64,000 nucleotides of DNA from Callorhinchus milii (GCF_018977255.1 NW_024704742.1:61630001-61694000); one strand, 5' to 3'. Positions 1-13,252 are shown, numbered from the stretch's first letter. Translations and numbers: made by a program. Notes: a model not told the origin generated them from the sequence alone.

Positions 1-127
1 TATATATTTTCAGCATCATAACACAAACTGTTAGTGTCCCTGTAGAGAGGGCACTAGACCCCCAGCAATCCAAGTGTGTAGTGAGTACACTTGCTGGCCC
101 ATGTTTTAATGCACTATCAACATTTAA

Positions 128-356
128 AACAACAGGTTACATTTGTAAAACACTTTTATGTCCAGAGGTCATCCCAAGGCGCTGAACAATCAGGAATTTG
201 AACCCGGCCAGGGGCTTGGGATCAGGAGGGGCGGAGAGCAGGGCGGGTAGGGGTAGGAAGGTCACCGAAGGCGCAGTTGAAGAGGAGGGTCTTGAGAAGG
301 GCCTTGAAAGAGGCAAGGGAGGGAGTGAGGCAAAGGGACTGTGGGATGGAAAGTTC
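128..356 (-). mobile_element. L2-clade LINE 3' end fragment
   Basis: The reverse complement carries the ORF2 end (SLASFKALLKT), the 3' stem-loop and the TTG tail. Confidence 0.75.
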
Positions 357-2084
357 AGTGGAAAATATGGGAAATAAATGCAGGGAACCTATCCGAACTG
401 TCGTTGCATCTGATTCTTTTCTAACATCTATTGATGTTATGCCTCAAGGTTTTGTTAAACAAAATGGGCTGTGAAATAATTTATGATTTTAATTATTAAG
501 AATAATTAAAGCTAATGGTATTAACACAACTGTACAAGATAATTAAGAACTTCTTTGACATAACAGAGTCCATTTTGCTTGACTAATGACTTTGCCATTT
601 CCCTGGGCTACAGTTTTCAATGCATAAATCAGTTACAAGACTCCCTGGAAGCTCATTTACTGCTTAGTTCACTTTAATATGAAGAATTACATACTTTGAA
701 TTTGGATCTATTCTGAATGTCTAGCAGTTTGTTGTAGCAGTGTATTTCTCTAGGTTTCTAACATAAGTTGTTTACTAAATTGGTGAATTGTTCCTTCCTC
801 AGTTTCAATAGGGGTAATGGCCAGCTCAGGCAACCCATACAGGAAGTGATGTAGGTAGGGAGTTTGGTAACTGATTTATGCATTGAAAACTGTATCCCAG
901 GGAAACGGCAAAGTCATTAATCAAGCAAAATGGAAGTTCCTCATTTTTAGCTCACTATAACCAAAATGGCCGAGTATAAATCATTGGATTGCCAACAACA
1001 TCACTTTCCATGCACAGCACATGAACAGCGCCCAGGAAGTGACACTAGTGTTGACCTCATGACCAGCACTTATTTATAGAGGGTGACTATTTATAGAGAG
1101 CTAGAAGCCAACATGGCCATCTTTCAGATCATTGGTCACAACCGAGGTTACATCTTGGGCAACATATATGTAGCATCAGGAAGTGTCATTGGCAGCAATT
1201 TAATGGAAGGGTGGGACCAGCCCATGCACATAGTGCGAGACAATCAGCGCTTGTGTATTGCATAGGGGCCACAAGCAATTCGTTGTAATGAACTGCATAA
1301 TAACAATAATAACTTGCCATTTATATAGGACTCTTAACACCTGGTAATGACTAGGAGCGCTGAAAAGTCTAGCGTTAACAAGATTCTACTATAATTAGTC
1401 TATGAATTCTAAAGGTCTGAAATTGAAACCATTGTGTCTTAAACATCTTGCCTTTAAGATCACACCAAATTATGGAAAATTCTAAAATGCATACTTAATT
1501 TTAAGACAGTTCTTAATAATTGCGGCATCCAAATTAAGATCAAGCGCAAGACTGTCTTGTGGAAATTGGGGCGTTTAGAAGTTATATAATGTTATAGCAC
1601 AGAAACGGGTCATTATTTGTATAAAGTGTGTTCCGATGCTTTTGCCCACAACAGACAATATAATCCTGCTCTATCCATAGTCTACAATATTCTTCCTCTT
1701 CGCACATCAATCTAATTCCCTTTATTTTAACAAAAAAGGGCCCTCTTTCACTTATCTTCACCTATAAAAGACAGTCTCTACACTTTACCGTATATCCTGT
1801 GAAGTGCTTTGAAATGGCCTCACAACATGAAATGTATATCAAATGTATTATTATCTTGTGGCAGAGAATTTCATATTCCAACCAAATATTTTCTAACCTC
1901 CCCTTTAATTCATTTTGTGATTATTTTAAAGCTTATTATCTTGTATCTCTTCTACCTCTCTGAACAACAAAACATTTGCTGAACCTTTTAATTTTCTTAA
2001 TTTTTTAAAAAAAAAATTCTGTACCTCTTTAATTCTGCTCACCTTTGTGTATCACAAGCCTTTATCACAATTTTAATAATAAAT

Positions 2085-2475
2085 GATCCTTTATTTATCA
2101 CATTGTTGAAATGTCTCAAAATGCTTCACAGGATTTTATTGTATCGCGTAGTGACTGTGTATTTTATAGGTGACATGGCATCCAATTTTAGCAAATGAAT
2201 GTCCCAGAAACAGCCATGATGTGAAGTATCAAATCTGTCAAGGGATTGTTGACCAGAACACCAGGAAAACTCCTATCTCTGTTCAAGTAGTGCCCTGGGA
2301 TCTTTATGTCCACCTGAACAGGCAGATGGGCCCTTGTTTAATGTTTCATCTGAAGGATGGCACCACTGACAATGCAACGCACTATAATTGAGTGCTAATC
2401 TAGATTGTGAGCTCAAAGTCCCAATGCGGGTCTTGAACCACAACCTCCTGACTCAGAGATGAGATTGCTACCAAT
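2085..2475 (-). mobile_element. DeuSINE-type SINE (SacSINE1/AmnSINE1-like core)
   Basis: The reverse complement has a tRNA-like head (ttggtagc...ctctgagtcag...gttcaag) and the core ccatccttcagatgaaacattaaac...ctgcctgttcaggtggacataaagatccca. Family assignment is from recalled consensus. Confidence 0.7.
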
Positions 2476-3164
2476 TTATTTTCTTATTAAAATCGGTTGG
2501 CAAAGGCTTTGTAAATCAAATAGCTTGATGCTGTGATGAGATGTGGTTGGGAGCATATTATGAGTGGATGAGATCAAATGTAGTGAAGGGTCTTCTTCAT
2601 TCAAACTTTCCTTGTGATCTGTGAAAGTGTAGATTTCTTCAGCAAATGCTGGATCTTGGACAAAAAACACAGAAAATCACATTTTTATAGATCCTCAAAA
2701 CCCTTGTGAATAGATGCCACATTGAGTTACATTCAACCAGCCCCTTTTATAGTAATGTTTGCCAGTGGGCATACATTAGAAGATATGCAACCCTTAGAAA
2801 GTATTAAGTCAAGTGCACTCGAATCCTGCTGGAGTACAGAGCAATGAACAGCAAACCTGCAGCATGTCAATCTGCATCAATGTCAGATCTTGAATCAACA
2901 CTTGACTATGCACAGAATGTGCCTGATGGTAGCACTTTGTGCACTTCTATGTAAAATATTTTATTTTGTAAGCATTACCAGGGCTCTGTGATAATGAACA
3001 GAAATGGACATGAAACTGTCTAGCAGTCTGTCCGTTTGAACTGAAACATTTCTTCAATAATATATTAAATAATGTAACATAATATTGCCACTCATGGGCA
3101 GCGAAATGAAAAACATTTATACCACTCCTGAAAGCTATAAACTGTAGTAGTAGTAATAATAATA

Positions 3165-3342
3165 ATTTGGTCACTCAATCCACGACTGTTTGTGGGACAT
3201 TGCTGTGCGCAATTGGCTGCCGCGTTTCATGCACAAAATATACAGTCACTCCACTTTACAGTATATTCTGTGAAGTGCTTTGAGACGTCTCGAAGACTTT
3301 ATAAGGCGCTCTATCAAATGCAAAGGATTATTATTATTATTA
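3165..3342 (+). mobile_element. 3' half of the tRNA-Ala-headed SINE
   Basis: ggtcactcaatccacgactgtttgtgggac...gcaaaggattattatt, shared with the full-length copies. Confidence 0.85.
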
Positions 3343-3389
3343 CAATGGTAGCTGAGACCAGGAAATACGCCTGGAAATTAGGTGGCTTG

Positions 3390-4004
3390 ACTTCCAGGCT
3401 GGACAATGGGAACTTTCTCCTCGTCGGCCTTCCCTGCATCTCCCTCCACAAGCTGCAGGTCATTCAGAACTCTGCAGCTCGTGTACTGTCCCGCACCAGG
3501 CTTCGTGACCACATCACTCCCACCCTCGCTCGCCTCCACTGGCTCCCCATCCCCCAGAGGATCGAATTCAAGATCCTCATCCTCACCTACAAGGCCATTC
3601 ACGGCCTCGCTCCCTCCTACCTCTCCGACCTACTATCCCCCTACTTATCTGCCCGTACCCTCCGCGTTCCTCTGGCTCCGGTCTGCTTCACATCCCCCAC
3701 CCTAACCACCCTACCATTGGTGGTCGGGCCTTCAGCCTCTCAGCCCCTAGGCTCTGGAACTCCATCCCCCAGTGCCTTCGCCGCCTCCTCCCTTTCCTCC
3801 TTCAAGGCCGGTCTCAAGACCTTTCTCTTTGACCGTGCCTTCAGCTCCCCTCTCGACTCTCTACCCCCTCCTCGCTCCCTCCCTTCCCTCCCCTCACCCT
3901 GACCATTTCCCCCCTGCTCGGGTCCCGACCCAACTGTCCAGCGCCTTGGGACGTCCTCCCGACGTGAAAGACACTATAAATGAAATCTTGTTGTTGTTGT
4001 TGTT
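3390..4004 (+). mobile_element. Young L2-clade LINE 3' fragment
   Basis: SRLDNGN...[12 protein letters not shown]...[18 protein letters not shown], the L2 ORF2 C-terminus; 3' stem-loop and (TTG)n tail. Confidence 0.9.
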
Positions 4005-4710
4005 TATTAACATGTTTTATTAAAAAAAAAGCCTCTAGTGCAGTGTTGTCCAACCCAAATTAACAAGTTGTCACAGGTGTGGCCACTAAGAAACAGAAAT
4101 GGCCACTATATAATAAAAAAAGAACTTGGCGTAGATACAATACATAACAAACAATATACATATATACCTATCCCTATAGTGTTTTGCACATTTTATGCAC
4201 TACATATGCTCTTTCTGCACTGCAAATTAGCAGTATTAAGTTTTCTTGTAATGAATTTATCCATCCTTTACGCAATCACAATCTCATACCCTTGAAGTCT
4301 TGCAAATATTTATTTGCGCAGTAGCACACTTTCGAAAGACACAAATCGATTGAATAATATTTCTGGAAGTAGACGACACAACTGATCGGGCTATGAGAAC
4401 AGCGACTGCCTGACCAGTGACTGACTGCCAACACAGTAGGGAATGTGTGATATTTCTCATAGGTGCATCCAGCTACTCAAGAACAAACATGCACGATATA
4501 TATTACAATAAAACTGCAACATGACATGTGCAGAAACCATGCACGTTGGATCACACAAAGCGAGTGACTTTGGTGTCTATATTCTATTTCTCATGTTAAA
4601 TTGATTCATCAATGTGGAAGTGGCCACTGGGTTGGACAGGGCTGCTCCAGTTGTGATGGCGTGATCATCTTGATGCTGTTGCTCCATTAACCCTTATTTT
4701 CTTTCTGCAG

Positions 4711-4848
4711 TTGGCTACACGATGAATGATCTTATTTTTGAATGGCAAGAAAATGGGCCGGTGCAGGTGGCAGAAGGGCTGACCCTTCCGCAGTTCCTTC
4801 TCAAAGAAGAGAATGATTTGCGATACTGCACAAAACATTACAATACAG
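4711..4848 (+). CDS. glra3: Glycine receptor alpha-3, internal coding exon (extracellular loop F/C region), 138 nt
   Basis: Acceptor ctttctgcag|, donor G|gtgtga. Translates (F)[45 protein letters not shown](G), a GlyR alpha sequence; QFLLKEE is alpha3-like. Not in the ORF track. Confidence 0.96.
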
Positions 4849-6459
4849 GTGTGACTTTGGCAGCTCAGGAAAAGCACAGGTTTATAGCGTTCACATGAGA
4901 TGGTACCCCAGGGCATTGTGCTTATGTTGCGAATCGATGCAGTATGGTTTATTCTGAGGTGTGTGGTCAAATCTTCAAAGCAACCATGGGCGTATTTCAA
5001 CAGTGGAAATACCATTGGGTTCAAAATGGAGCCTGCTCGTTGATGCAAACGCTAACTTAACATGATTAAAAGTGAAGAATTCAAAAGCTTCTCTCATACC
5101 GTTTCTCTTGCGAATTCTGAGCACTTTTAACAATGTTGCAATTATCGGTGGCCTGAAAAGTAAACCTTTTGTGAGAGAAGTTTGTAAATAAGGCATGAGC
5201 TCTTATGTAATTAATCTGGCATTTCCCACTTCCAGTTAATTGGAAATGTTAAAACCCTCAGAAGTCTCTCACTATCCGTTGTGGATTGCTCAACCATAAA
5301 TCTAAAATATACTAGCTATGTTTTTAGTACTGGGATAATTCATTTGGGGATTTACATTTCTCAGCCAGGCTGATTCCACGATAATACTCATTTATGGTTC
5401 CTGTTTGAGAACTAAGTAATTACTGTTAAATAATATACTTATACGTATATTAATTGAGTTCTTTTATATTATCTTCTGAAACACATCAAAGAATCATGAT
5501 GGCCTCAATACATTTTTTTTATGCGTCACCCTCATATTGCAAATCATTTTGCTTTGTCCTCTTCTCTTTAAGGCCTTGGGCAGTAAATCTATTAAGGAGA
5601 AAAGGGCAATGCATTGGGAATATATTGAATAAGGTTGTTGCGCTGAAAGGACTTCCCTCTTTTACTGTCTTCCTGTGTGCACCCACAATACAGTCAATTC
5701 ACTTTACAGTGTATTCTCTGAAGTGTTTCGAGACATCTCAGAGACATGATAAGACTCTACATCAAATGCAAGGATTATTTACTATATTTATTATTCCTTA
5801 GACCCCAAGACGCACACCTTGATTTACTGGGCAAACAAGTGATCTGTTCCAATGCCACTTTTCTGATGGCTGTGAGGAGATTGGACTCATACAATTCATT
5901 CCATCTTTCTGTGGAGACAATTGCAATATCTGCTTTACCTCACTAATCTTTCTGAGATTAGGCAGGCATCACATGAGGAATGATTTGCATCGATCTGCAT
6001 CCTATTGTTCTTCAGAACAATAATTCGGAAAGCCAAGAGGATGATTCGTGGATTTATTGACCTTAATGTTTGAGTGGATACAAATTCTCCACTATTCAGT
6101 TGACTGACTAATTGCCTGTCCACCAACGCAGTAAATTAGCTAAGATCATGTGTTACCACATTTTCCTTAATAAAGTATACTACCTGGGGTTTTGTGTGTT
6201 ATGAAACCTCCTTTAGTATTTGTCCATTTGTAAATAATCCTCACATGTGTAGATTCTGTGCAGTACAATACTGCATTATCTAAATAAAAATCCATGCATA
6301 TTACCAGTTTACTACAGTCCTCTCCAATTCAATACCAGATGGTAGGAGCTGAGTCTGATTGTTTTATTGTTAATGCAGGAACCCAATATAATTTACTGTC
6401 GCTTAAAAAAAAATGCATTCATCTCTGCAAAGCTATATTTTAAAGTATAATGAAAAAGA

Positions 6460-6850
6460 AAGACCCAGGTCCAAATCCTCTGTCTGTGCTGATTAAGCTG
6501 ATATCAAGCTTTGGGACCTAGGTGTCTGATACATATGGAAACCCATCACCAAACTAAAGAGTATCCAAACCAGACTAAGTTCCATTGACAATTGGTGTTA
6601 TGACCTCTGGGCTAGGGAAGGGAAATACCAGCTGAGGTTCTGACTTCACTGCTATCCAGTGACCTCTGTTGAATGTGAGTATGTGCGGACAGCAAATGAG
6701 GACAGGATCAGATTCTGCTCTGCTGCTCCCATAGTTAAATAGGCCTCCAGACTATCTATCCAGACCCACATGTGATGAATAGCAACTTAAATGAGATACC
6801 AGAAGGTGCTGGCTCCTGCGGATATGTACTCCCTCAAAGACAGAAAGAAG
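6460..6850 (+). mobile_element. Old interspersed repeat (SINE-like; related copies at 13120-13790 and 56590-56735)
   Basis: Shared blocks gggctagggaagggaaat, cagtgacc(c/t)ctgttg and tgaggacaggat seen in several places. Confidence 0.55.
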
Positions 6851-7014
6851 AGAAATTGGAAAATAATGTGAATGAAAAGTTAAATGTGATCAACATAACG
6901 GCTTGCGGTTGATACGGTTTTAAGCATGGGTTCTTCATACATATGCACTTCCATTTTCTATTACACTGAAATATCATTGACAATTCTTAAGATACTCACA
7001 GGAACTGGATTTAA

Positions 7015-7275
<261 letters not shown>

Positions 7276-7620
7276 TGAATAATTTACCTGAAATCAGCTA
7301 ACACTGACTGCGCAGAAACACTAGCACCAGCATTAAGGAAATGCCACTGAAATATAATATGGCCTTGTGGCACAGTGTGTTGGTTTACTAAAGTGTGACA
7401 GCACTGAGCAGGCATGGAAAAGCTTCCATGGCAAGTTCCCTTCATTCACCATCCAATGGAAGCAATAGTACATCACCACAGTGAGGTATGATCAATTAGC
7501 CAGCCGTTTCAGGCTGTTTTATGTATCTTGATGTTCTGTTCAACCCTTGGTTCTCTTTTCTTCCTGAACAAGACAATTTTTCTTCATTTTCGCGACATTG
7601 CTCACTTCCATCCCTTTCTC

Positions 7621-7765
7621 GCGCTCCAATCAACTCATACTGGAGTCCTGTAGTGTGATGGTTAGAACACTCGTCTCGCTAGTAGGAGGAGCTGGGTTTG
7701 ATTCCTGGGCAGGGCGAAACCATAGGCAAGTTTCCTTCCTCCACAAGCCCCTGTTTACCTATTAT
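7621..7765 (+). mobile_element. 5' half of the tRNA-Ala-headed SINE
   Basis: tggagtcctgtagtgtgatggttagaacactcgtctcgc...gggtttgattcctgggcagggcgaaac; A-box and B-box-like motifs. Confidence 0.8.
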
Positions 7766-7998
7766 TTATGTAGCCTGAGTTTTGTGTTAGCCACTTGACA
7801 GAACAAGAAAGGGTGATGTTTAGTACCCAGAATTGTATACGCTCTACTGCCACTGTCATAGGTTCATTAAATTGAAAGCGAGCAGGGATATACATGAACA
7901 GATGATTGAAGGCCTATAATAAGAAGAGTCACAAAGCAGACCTTGTGTTGAATTACTCACTTGTGTGCATTTCATGCACATGTTATTGTTCACTGCAG

Positions 7999-8142
7999 GT
8001 ATCCTATGTTAAAGCCATTGATATCTGGATGGCGGTTTGCTTGCTGTTTGTGTTCTCTGCCCTGTTGGAGTATGCTGCTGTGAATTTTGTGTCAAGGCAA
8101 CACAAAGAACTGCTTCGACTTCGGAGAAGGAAAAAGAAAAAG
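7999..8142 (+). CDS. glra3: Glycine receptor alpha-3 exon encoding TM3 and the basic cluster, 144 nt
   Basis: cactgcag| ... AAG|gttaga. Translates [48 protein letters not shown]. Confidence 0.97.
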
Positions 8143-8698
8143 GTTAGAAGAGTTTTTTCTATTCTGATCGTGCGCTATAAATATATATATTTACATACCA
8201 TAGCCCTTCATTATTACATTCTTTGATATATCACAACCTACAATGAACATACATCTGTGGCTTACTTCTTTCACCCATTGAGAATTCATACAGATCACCC
8301 TCTCTGTCACATCCCCTTCACTGCCACTAACTTTTGGTGCAGCTCTTTAAAGACACTTGTTATAAAGAGGCTTATGTATTTGGCTTGGTCATTGTATTTT
8401 GTTAAGTTATGGACTGTTCTGTGATTTACATATGAAGGGTCACTGCAATGAGATTGTGTACAGAACCAATTGAAAAGGTAGTGCATATGCTACCTTTAAC
8501 ACCCATATTTAATGCAAATAAATAACTTCATGACAAAAGTAAATCGGAAGGTTTTCTTTTTGTTGGACGGATTTGTGTAAAAACTTTTATAACTTAAATA
8601 TATGAATTTTTAAGATTGAAAGGAGAATGACACCCTTGTATATTATTTTAATAAATTACTCTTTGTTTCTCTTGTTTGCCCACCCTTTTTGATGAAAG

Positions 8699-8818
8699 AA
8701 TGTTGAGGGGGTACTTGATGGAAATGAAAACATAGAAACCATGCGACGTAGCAATGGCTTGAGAAGCAGCGAACCAATATACGGCACTTTGGCTCAAATC
8801 TACGGTTCAAATTTTGGG
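8699..8818 (+). CDS. Candidate alternative (cassette) exon of glra3, 120 nt, phase 0/0
   Basis: Pyrimidine tract 8659-8690, then gatgaaAG|; 40 open codons NVEGVLDGNENIETMRRSNGLRSSEPIYGTLAQIYGSNFG; donor GGG|gtaaaa. Preserves the frame between the flanking exons. No transcript evidence. Confidence 0.5.
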
Positions 8819-10994
8819 GTAAAATGACAAGCAAATGTCCCATTTGTCATTGTGTGATAAGAAGTCATAAGTGGAGGAGTTGTCCTTATGTCAACCTAAT
8901 GTCTGTACCAAGTAGGAACTGTAACCCCTTGTAGTCTGTTCGCTGTTCATATGTGATGAAACATAGTCCTATTTTAAGGTACCTGTCTTGTTGGAATATT
9001 GTAAGATTTGTAACTTCAAGCAAAATATGAATCAATCTTAACCAAAAATAACTTTAAGTATGTAATATTTTGTGTTGATATTCAAAAGACAAAAACAATT
9101 TATGTGAGGAACGATGAGTTGCAAAATGTAAGTAAAAGTTGTGCTAAAAATTACTCAGCAGATTTTCAACGCATTCTTCAGTTTTTAGCCTATTGAGAAA
9201 TCAGAAGTTGAAGATATCAAACAATAACGAGGAAACGTTATTTTGAAAACAATCGTTTTAGTTCAAAGAACTTTTGAGTTAAATGTCACAAGATCACAAG
9301 ATTGATTCGGATGAAGAAGGCCCTTCAGCCAATTTGATCTCATCCTCCCAGAATACCCACCCTACCAATTTTCCATTCAAGTATTGAACCGTTTGTTATA
9401 TGAGTCCAGTTTACTATCCTCAAAACACCCTTCTCTCCACCTTTCTGTTCCAGTTGATACTTGTGTTCTGGGTAAAGAAAAGAAAACTTAAGTATTGTAG
9501 AGTGAAAAAAAATCTTAAGTTATTTAAAGTGAGAGTGAAGGAGTGGGTGGGGCGGAGGGGATAGAGGCTTATTAAGTTAACATAGAAAATAATAAGATTA
9601 TTGCTATATCACCAGTGTTAAAAATCATACGAAAATGAAAGCAGCAATTCAAACCATGAATGTCTCTGTGCTGATGAAAGCTCCCTCGCTGGATGTATTT
9701 ACTCTATTCTCACCCCCTGCTTTTTTTCCATTACTCTTTAATGTTATGATTCTTCAAAACTTGTCCAATTATTGCAACCAGATTCCTACTTGCTGCGCAT
9801 GAATGTGTATGGTACCCAATTCGTCTCCTCTTTCTGATCCTTTACTGCTGTTCTGTCAAACTGTCCTGTCAGGCATTACATTCTGGATGAACCTCAACTC
9901 TTTCATCTGAACACTCACAAAACCTAAGCCATCCTGCTCGGTTCCTGCCAGTGTCTCCTCACCTCAGCCTCTGATTGTATTGATTTCCCCAGGTGCTCAC
10001 TCTAGCTCACAAAACCTCAGCATTGTGTTCAACCCTCACTTCTCCTTGAAGCCTTTTAACCGGGCTCTGAACAAATCCACTTTCCTCCATCTCCAAAACA
10101 CTGCACCATTATTGCTAACTTCTGTACTTCTGATCTGTAATGGCTCAGTGCATCAGAAGTTGGCTTGCTTCATTTTATTAAATATTGATCTATTGGAGCA
10201 TGAAAGTGGCAGCAAGAGGAATAATTAGATTTATACAGTCACAGACAGATGGCAGGACAAATACATTGACAGATAGATAGATGAAAGACCAGGATGGATC
10301 CAATTAAAGTTGAATCTGAGTTCTCCGTGTTACCTGGTTTTGACATGCCTGTGGTTATCAGCCCTAGCTTCCTTTAATTAAATCAAATGGATCATTCACA
10401 AATTTGGAGAAGCACATTACAAGTAAGTAATAAAGCACAGGATAAAGGTTAGATACTGAGGAAGCATTTGCTTCTGTGACTGAGCCTCTTTAAACCTTAG
10501 AGATATGATTAGTTTAGCACCAGAAAGTTTATAGAAATTACGATTTTATGCAGCAGCATTGATTGAATAGTTTGCTCGGAAACATTCCATGTTTTTTCAA
10601 AATAAGACTCGAGAGACAAACTAATTTCCCAATTAATTTGGGGAATCTTTATTGTTGTATTGTATCCAAAGAAAAAACATGAACAATTCAGCACTTATAA
10701 AGGATCAAACCAGGTGGCAGTTTTTATCAATGCATAGTTTGATATTTTTTGAGTTAACCTGAAAGAGATTGCGGGCATACAGGTTCCATTTCCTGCAACC
10801 ACTTACCAGGATATCTGATCGGAGCATATTCATTTACAGCGCTGTTCACTTGTAATCTCACTCAGATTCAAAACCTCAGCACTAAGAATGCCAACAAAAC
10901 AAAAGATATTCCAACCAAGATTTCCATAACAGGAGCTCTTCTTGCTTATTGGTGCTTAAATTTCTGTCTGCATTCATTTTCTCTCCACCTCTCA

Positions 10995-11768
10995 AAGTCA
11001 GTCAGGAACTTTGGTGTTCTGTTCGACCCTGAGCTGTCCTTTCTCCTTCATATCAGCGCCACAACTGGCACCGCCTTCCATCACCTTCGGAATGTCGCCA
11101 GACTACGGCACTACCTCACCCCTCACGCGGCTGAAACTCTGGTCCACGCCTTTATCACCTCAAGGCTGGACTATGGGAACTCTCTCCTCGCCGGCCTTCC
11201 CGCCACCTCCCTCCACAAGCTGCAGGTCATTCAGAACTCTGCAGCTCGTGTACTGTCCCGCACCAGGACCACATCACTCCCACCCTCGCTCGCCTCCACT
11301 GGCTCCCCATCCCCCAGAGGATCGAATTCAAGATCCTCATCCTCACCTACAAGGCCATTCACGGCCTTGCTCCCTCCTACCTCTCCAACCTACTATCCCC
11401 CTACCTACCTGCCCGTACCCTCCGTTCCTCTGGCTCCGGTCTGCTCTACATCCCCCGCCCCAACCGCCCTACCATCGGTGGTCGGGCCTTCAGCCTCTCA
11501 GCCCCTAGCCCCTGGAACTCCATCCCCCAGTGCCTTCGCCGCTTCCTCCCTTTCCTCCTTCAAGGCCAGTCTCAAGACCTTTCTCTTTGACCATGCCTTC
11601 AGCTCCCCTCTCGACTCTCTACCCCCTCCTCGCTCCCTCCCTTCCCTCCCCACACCCTGACCATTTCTCCCCTGCTCGGGTCCTGATCCAACTGTACAGC
11701 GCCTTGGGACGTCCTCCCAATGTGAAAGGTGCTCTATAAATGGAATCTTGTTGTTGTTGTTGTTTTGT
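10995..11768 (+). mobile_element. Young L2-clade LINE 3' fragment
   Basis: VRNFGVLFDPELSF...AETLVHAFITSRLDYGNSLL; nearly identical to 3390-4004; (TTG)n tail. Confidence 0.9.
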
Positions 11769-11772
11769 TTGC

Positions 11773-12135
11773 ATCTGTAGTCCTGTAACTCAGTGGTTAG
11801 AACACTTGCCTCGCATGCGAGAGGATCTGGGTTCGATTCCCAGCAGAGCAAAACATTGGGCAAGTTCCTATTCCACATGCCTGTTTACCTAGCAGTAAGG
11901 TCAATCGATTGGTGGATCGCTTTTCCGAGGGTAATAATCCCTTCAAAAAGAATAATAATAATCGTAATTTGATCACTCAATGAACAACTGTTTGTGGGAC
12001 ACTCTGTGTGCAATTGGTTGCAGTGTTTCGCCCACAAAATATACCGTCAATTCACTTTACAGTATATTCTGTGAAGCGCTTTCAGATGACTCAAAGACGT
12101 GATAAGGAACTGTATAGTAATAATAATAATCAATT
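11773..12135 (+). mobile_element. tRNA-Ala-headed SINE, near full length
   Basis: Head ctgtaactcagtggttagaacacttgcctcgcatgcgagagga...gggttcgattccc, followed by body and tail. Confidence 0.88.
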
Positions 12136-13252
12136 GCAAGGATCATTAGTATCTTACAAGGTTTCTTCAGAGCGCAAAAGAGCATTTAACGTATAAACTT
12201 GCTGCTGTGGTACATTGAGAATAACCATACCCACCCACATATAGATATAACATTCGGTTGTTTGTACCTCCTGGAGATACACCTGCAGATTCAAGTTCAA
12301 TTTCAAAGACTTTCGAATTTCCTGACATCGCACATGAATGATTTTTATCCCAAGAGTGAAGGAGAGAGTTTGAATGTGGAAGAAGAAAGTATGTTCTATT
12401 CCCGCACTTCATAAATGTAATAAACGCATTTTGTTTATTACAAAGGTAGCGAGCAGTTGCTGTCATTGATCTTAATATTAAATGTAGCTTCTATGAAAAC
12501 TACTGGTGTAAGTGTTAACTGAATGAACCCAAGAAGGAGCAGTACAGCATTAATTCTATCACATTACCAAAGTGCACAGTATGTTTACAAATCTGTACTA
12601 GACAGACATTTGGAAAATGCAGTCAATAACTGTTGTGGTTTGTTGGAATGAGCACTCAGTTAAATAGAGGCAGGAGCAATGTTAGTAGGTACAATTTAAC
12701 AGTGATTACGTTGGCTGAGAATTAAAGGGAATACATTTGCTTAGATCAGTAATCTGTATTTTAGTTACCTTTAAATCTGAAATTCCATGCAGTACTAAAA
12801 AGGAATGTGGTTTGGCGATTTTGATTTTCCCCCTCTCTTAAAAGAATTTAATTATCTGGGATATGATTCTGTTCCACAAACACTGAAAGTCTTCCAGTAC
12901 TTTGCCCAATTTATTGCTTTACCCATTTAATTTTAGACACCTGGGTTCTCACCAACACTGACCATCTTCTCATTGCATTCATCTTGTCTTGTGTTCTGTG
13001 ACGCCCAAGGGCAACCATCTACTTCAGAGGGGAGACCTAGAATGGGTTTAAATCGGTTCAGATAAGTTTTTCAGCTAATTGATTTGATTGCTCTGTGTCA
13101 AACCAGAAACACACAGCTCCTTTGGTGGCCTTGTGAGTAAACATACTGTCGAATGAGTAGAAGGCTATGCCAACTGAGGTTGGGTATTCGATTACTGTTC
13201 TGCACTGTGTTATTTGAATTTAGTCATTCCAGCAGTTGAGATACTACAATTG

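Noticed and set aside
3192..3902. 236-aa ORF as a host gene
   Set aside because: Chance fusion of SINE tail and L2 3' fragment with frameshift.
10378..10510. Possible homologue of the mammalian 45-nt alpha3L exon (EAFA and LEK look-alikes, GTAAGT at 10423)
   Set aside because: No AG acceptor at a frame-preserving distance, an in-frame stop follows EAFA, and the pieces are not collinear.
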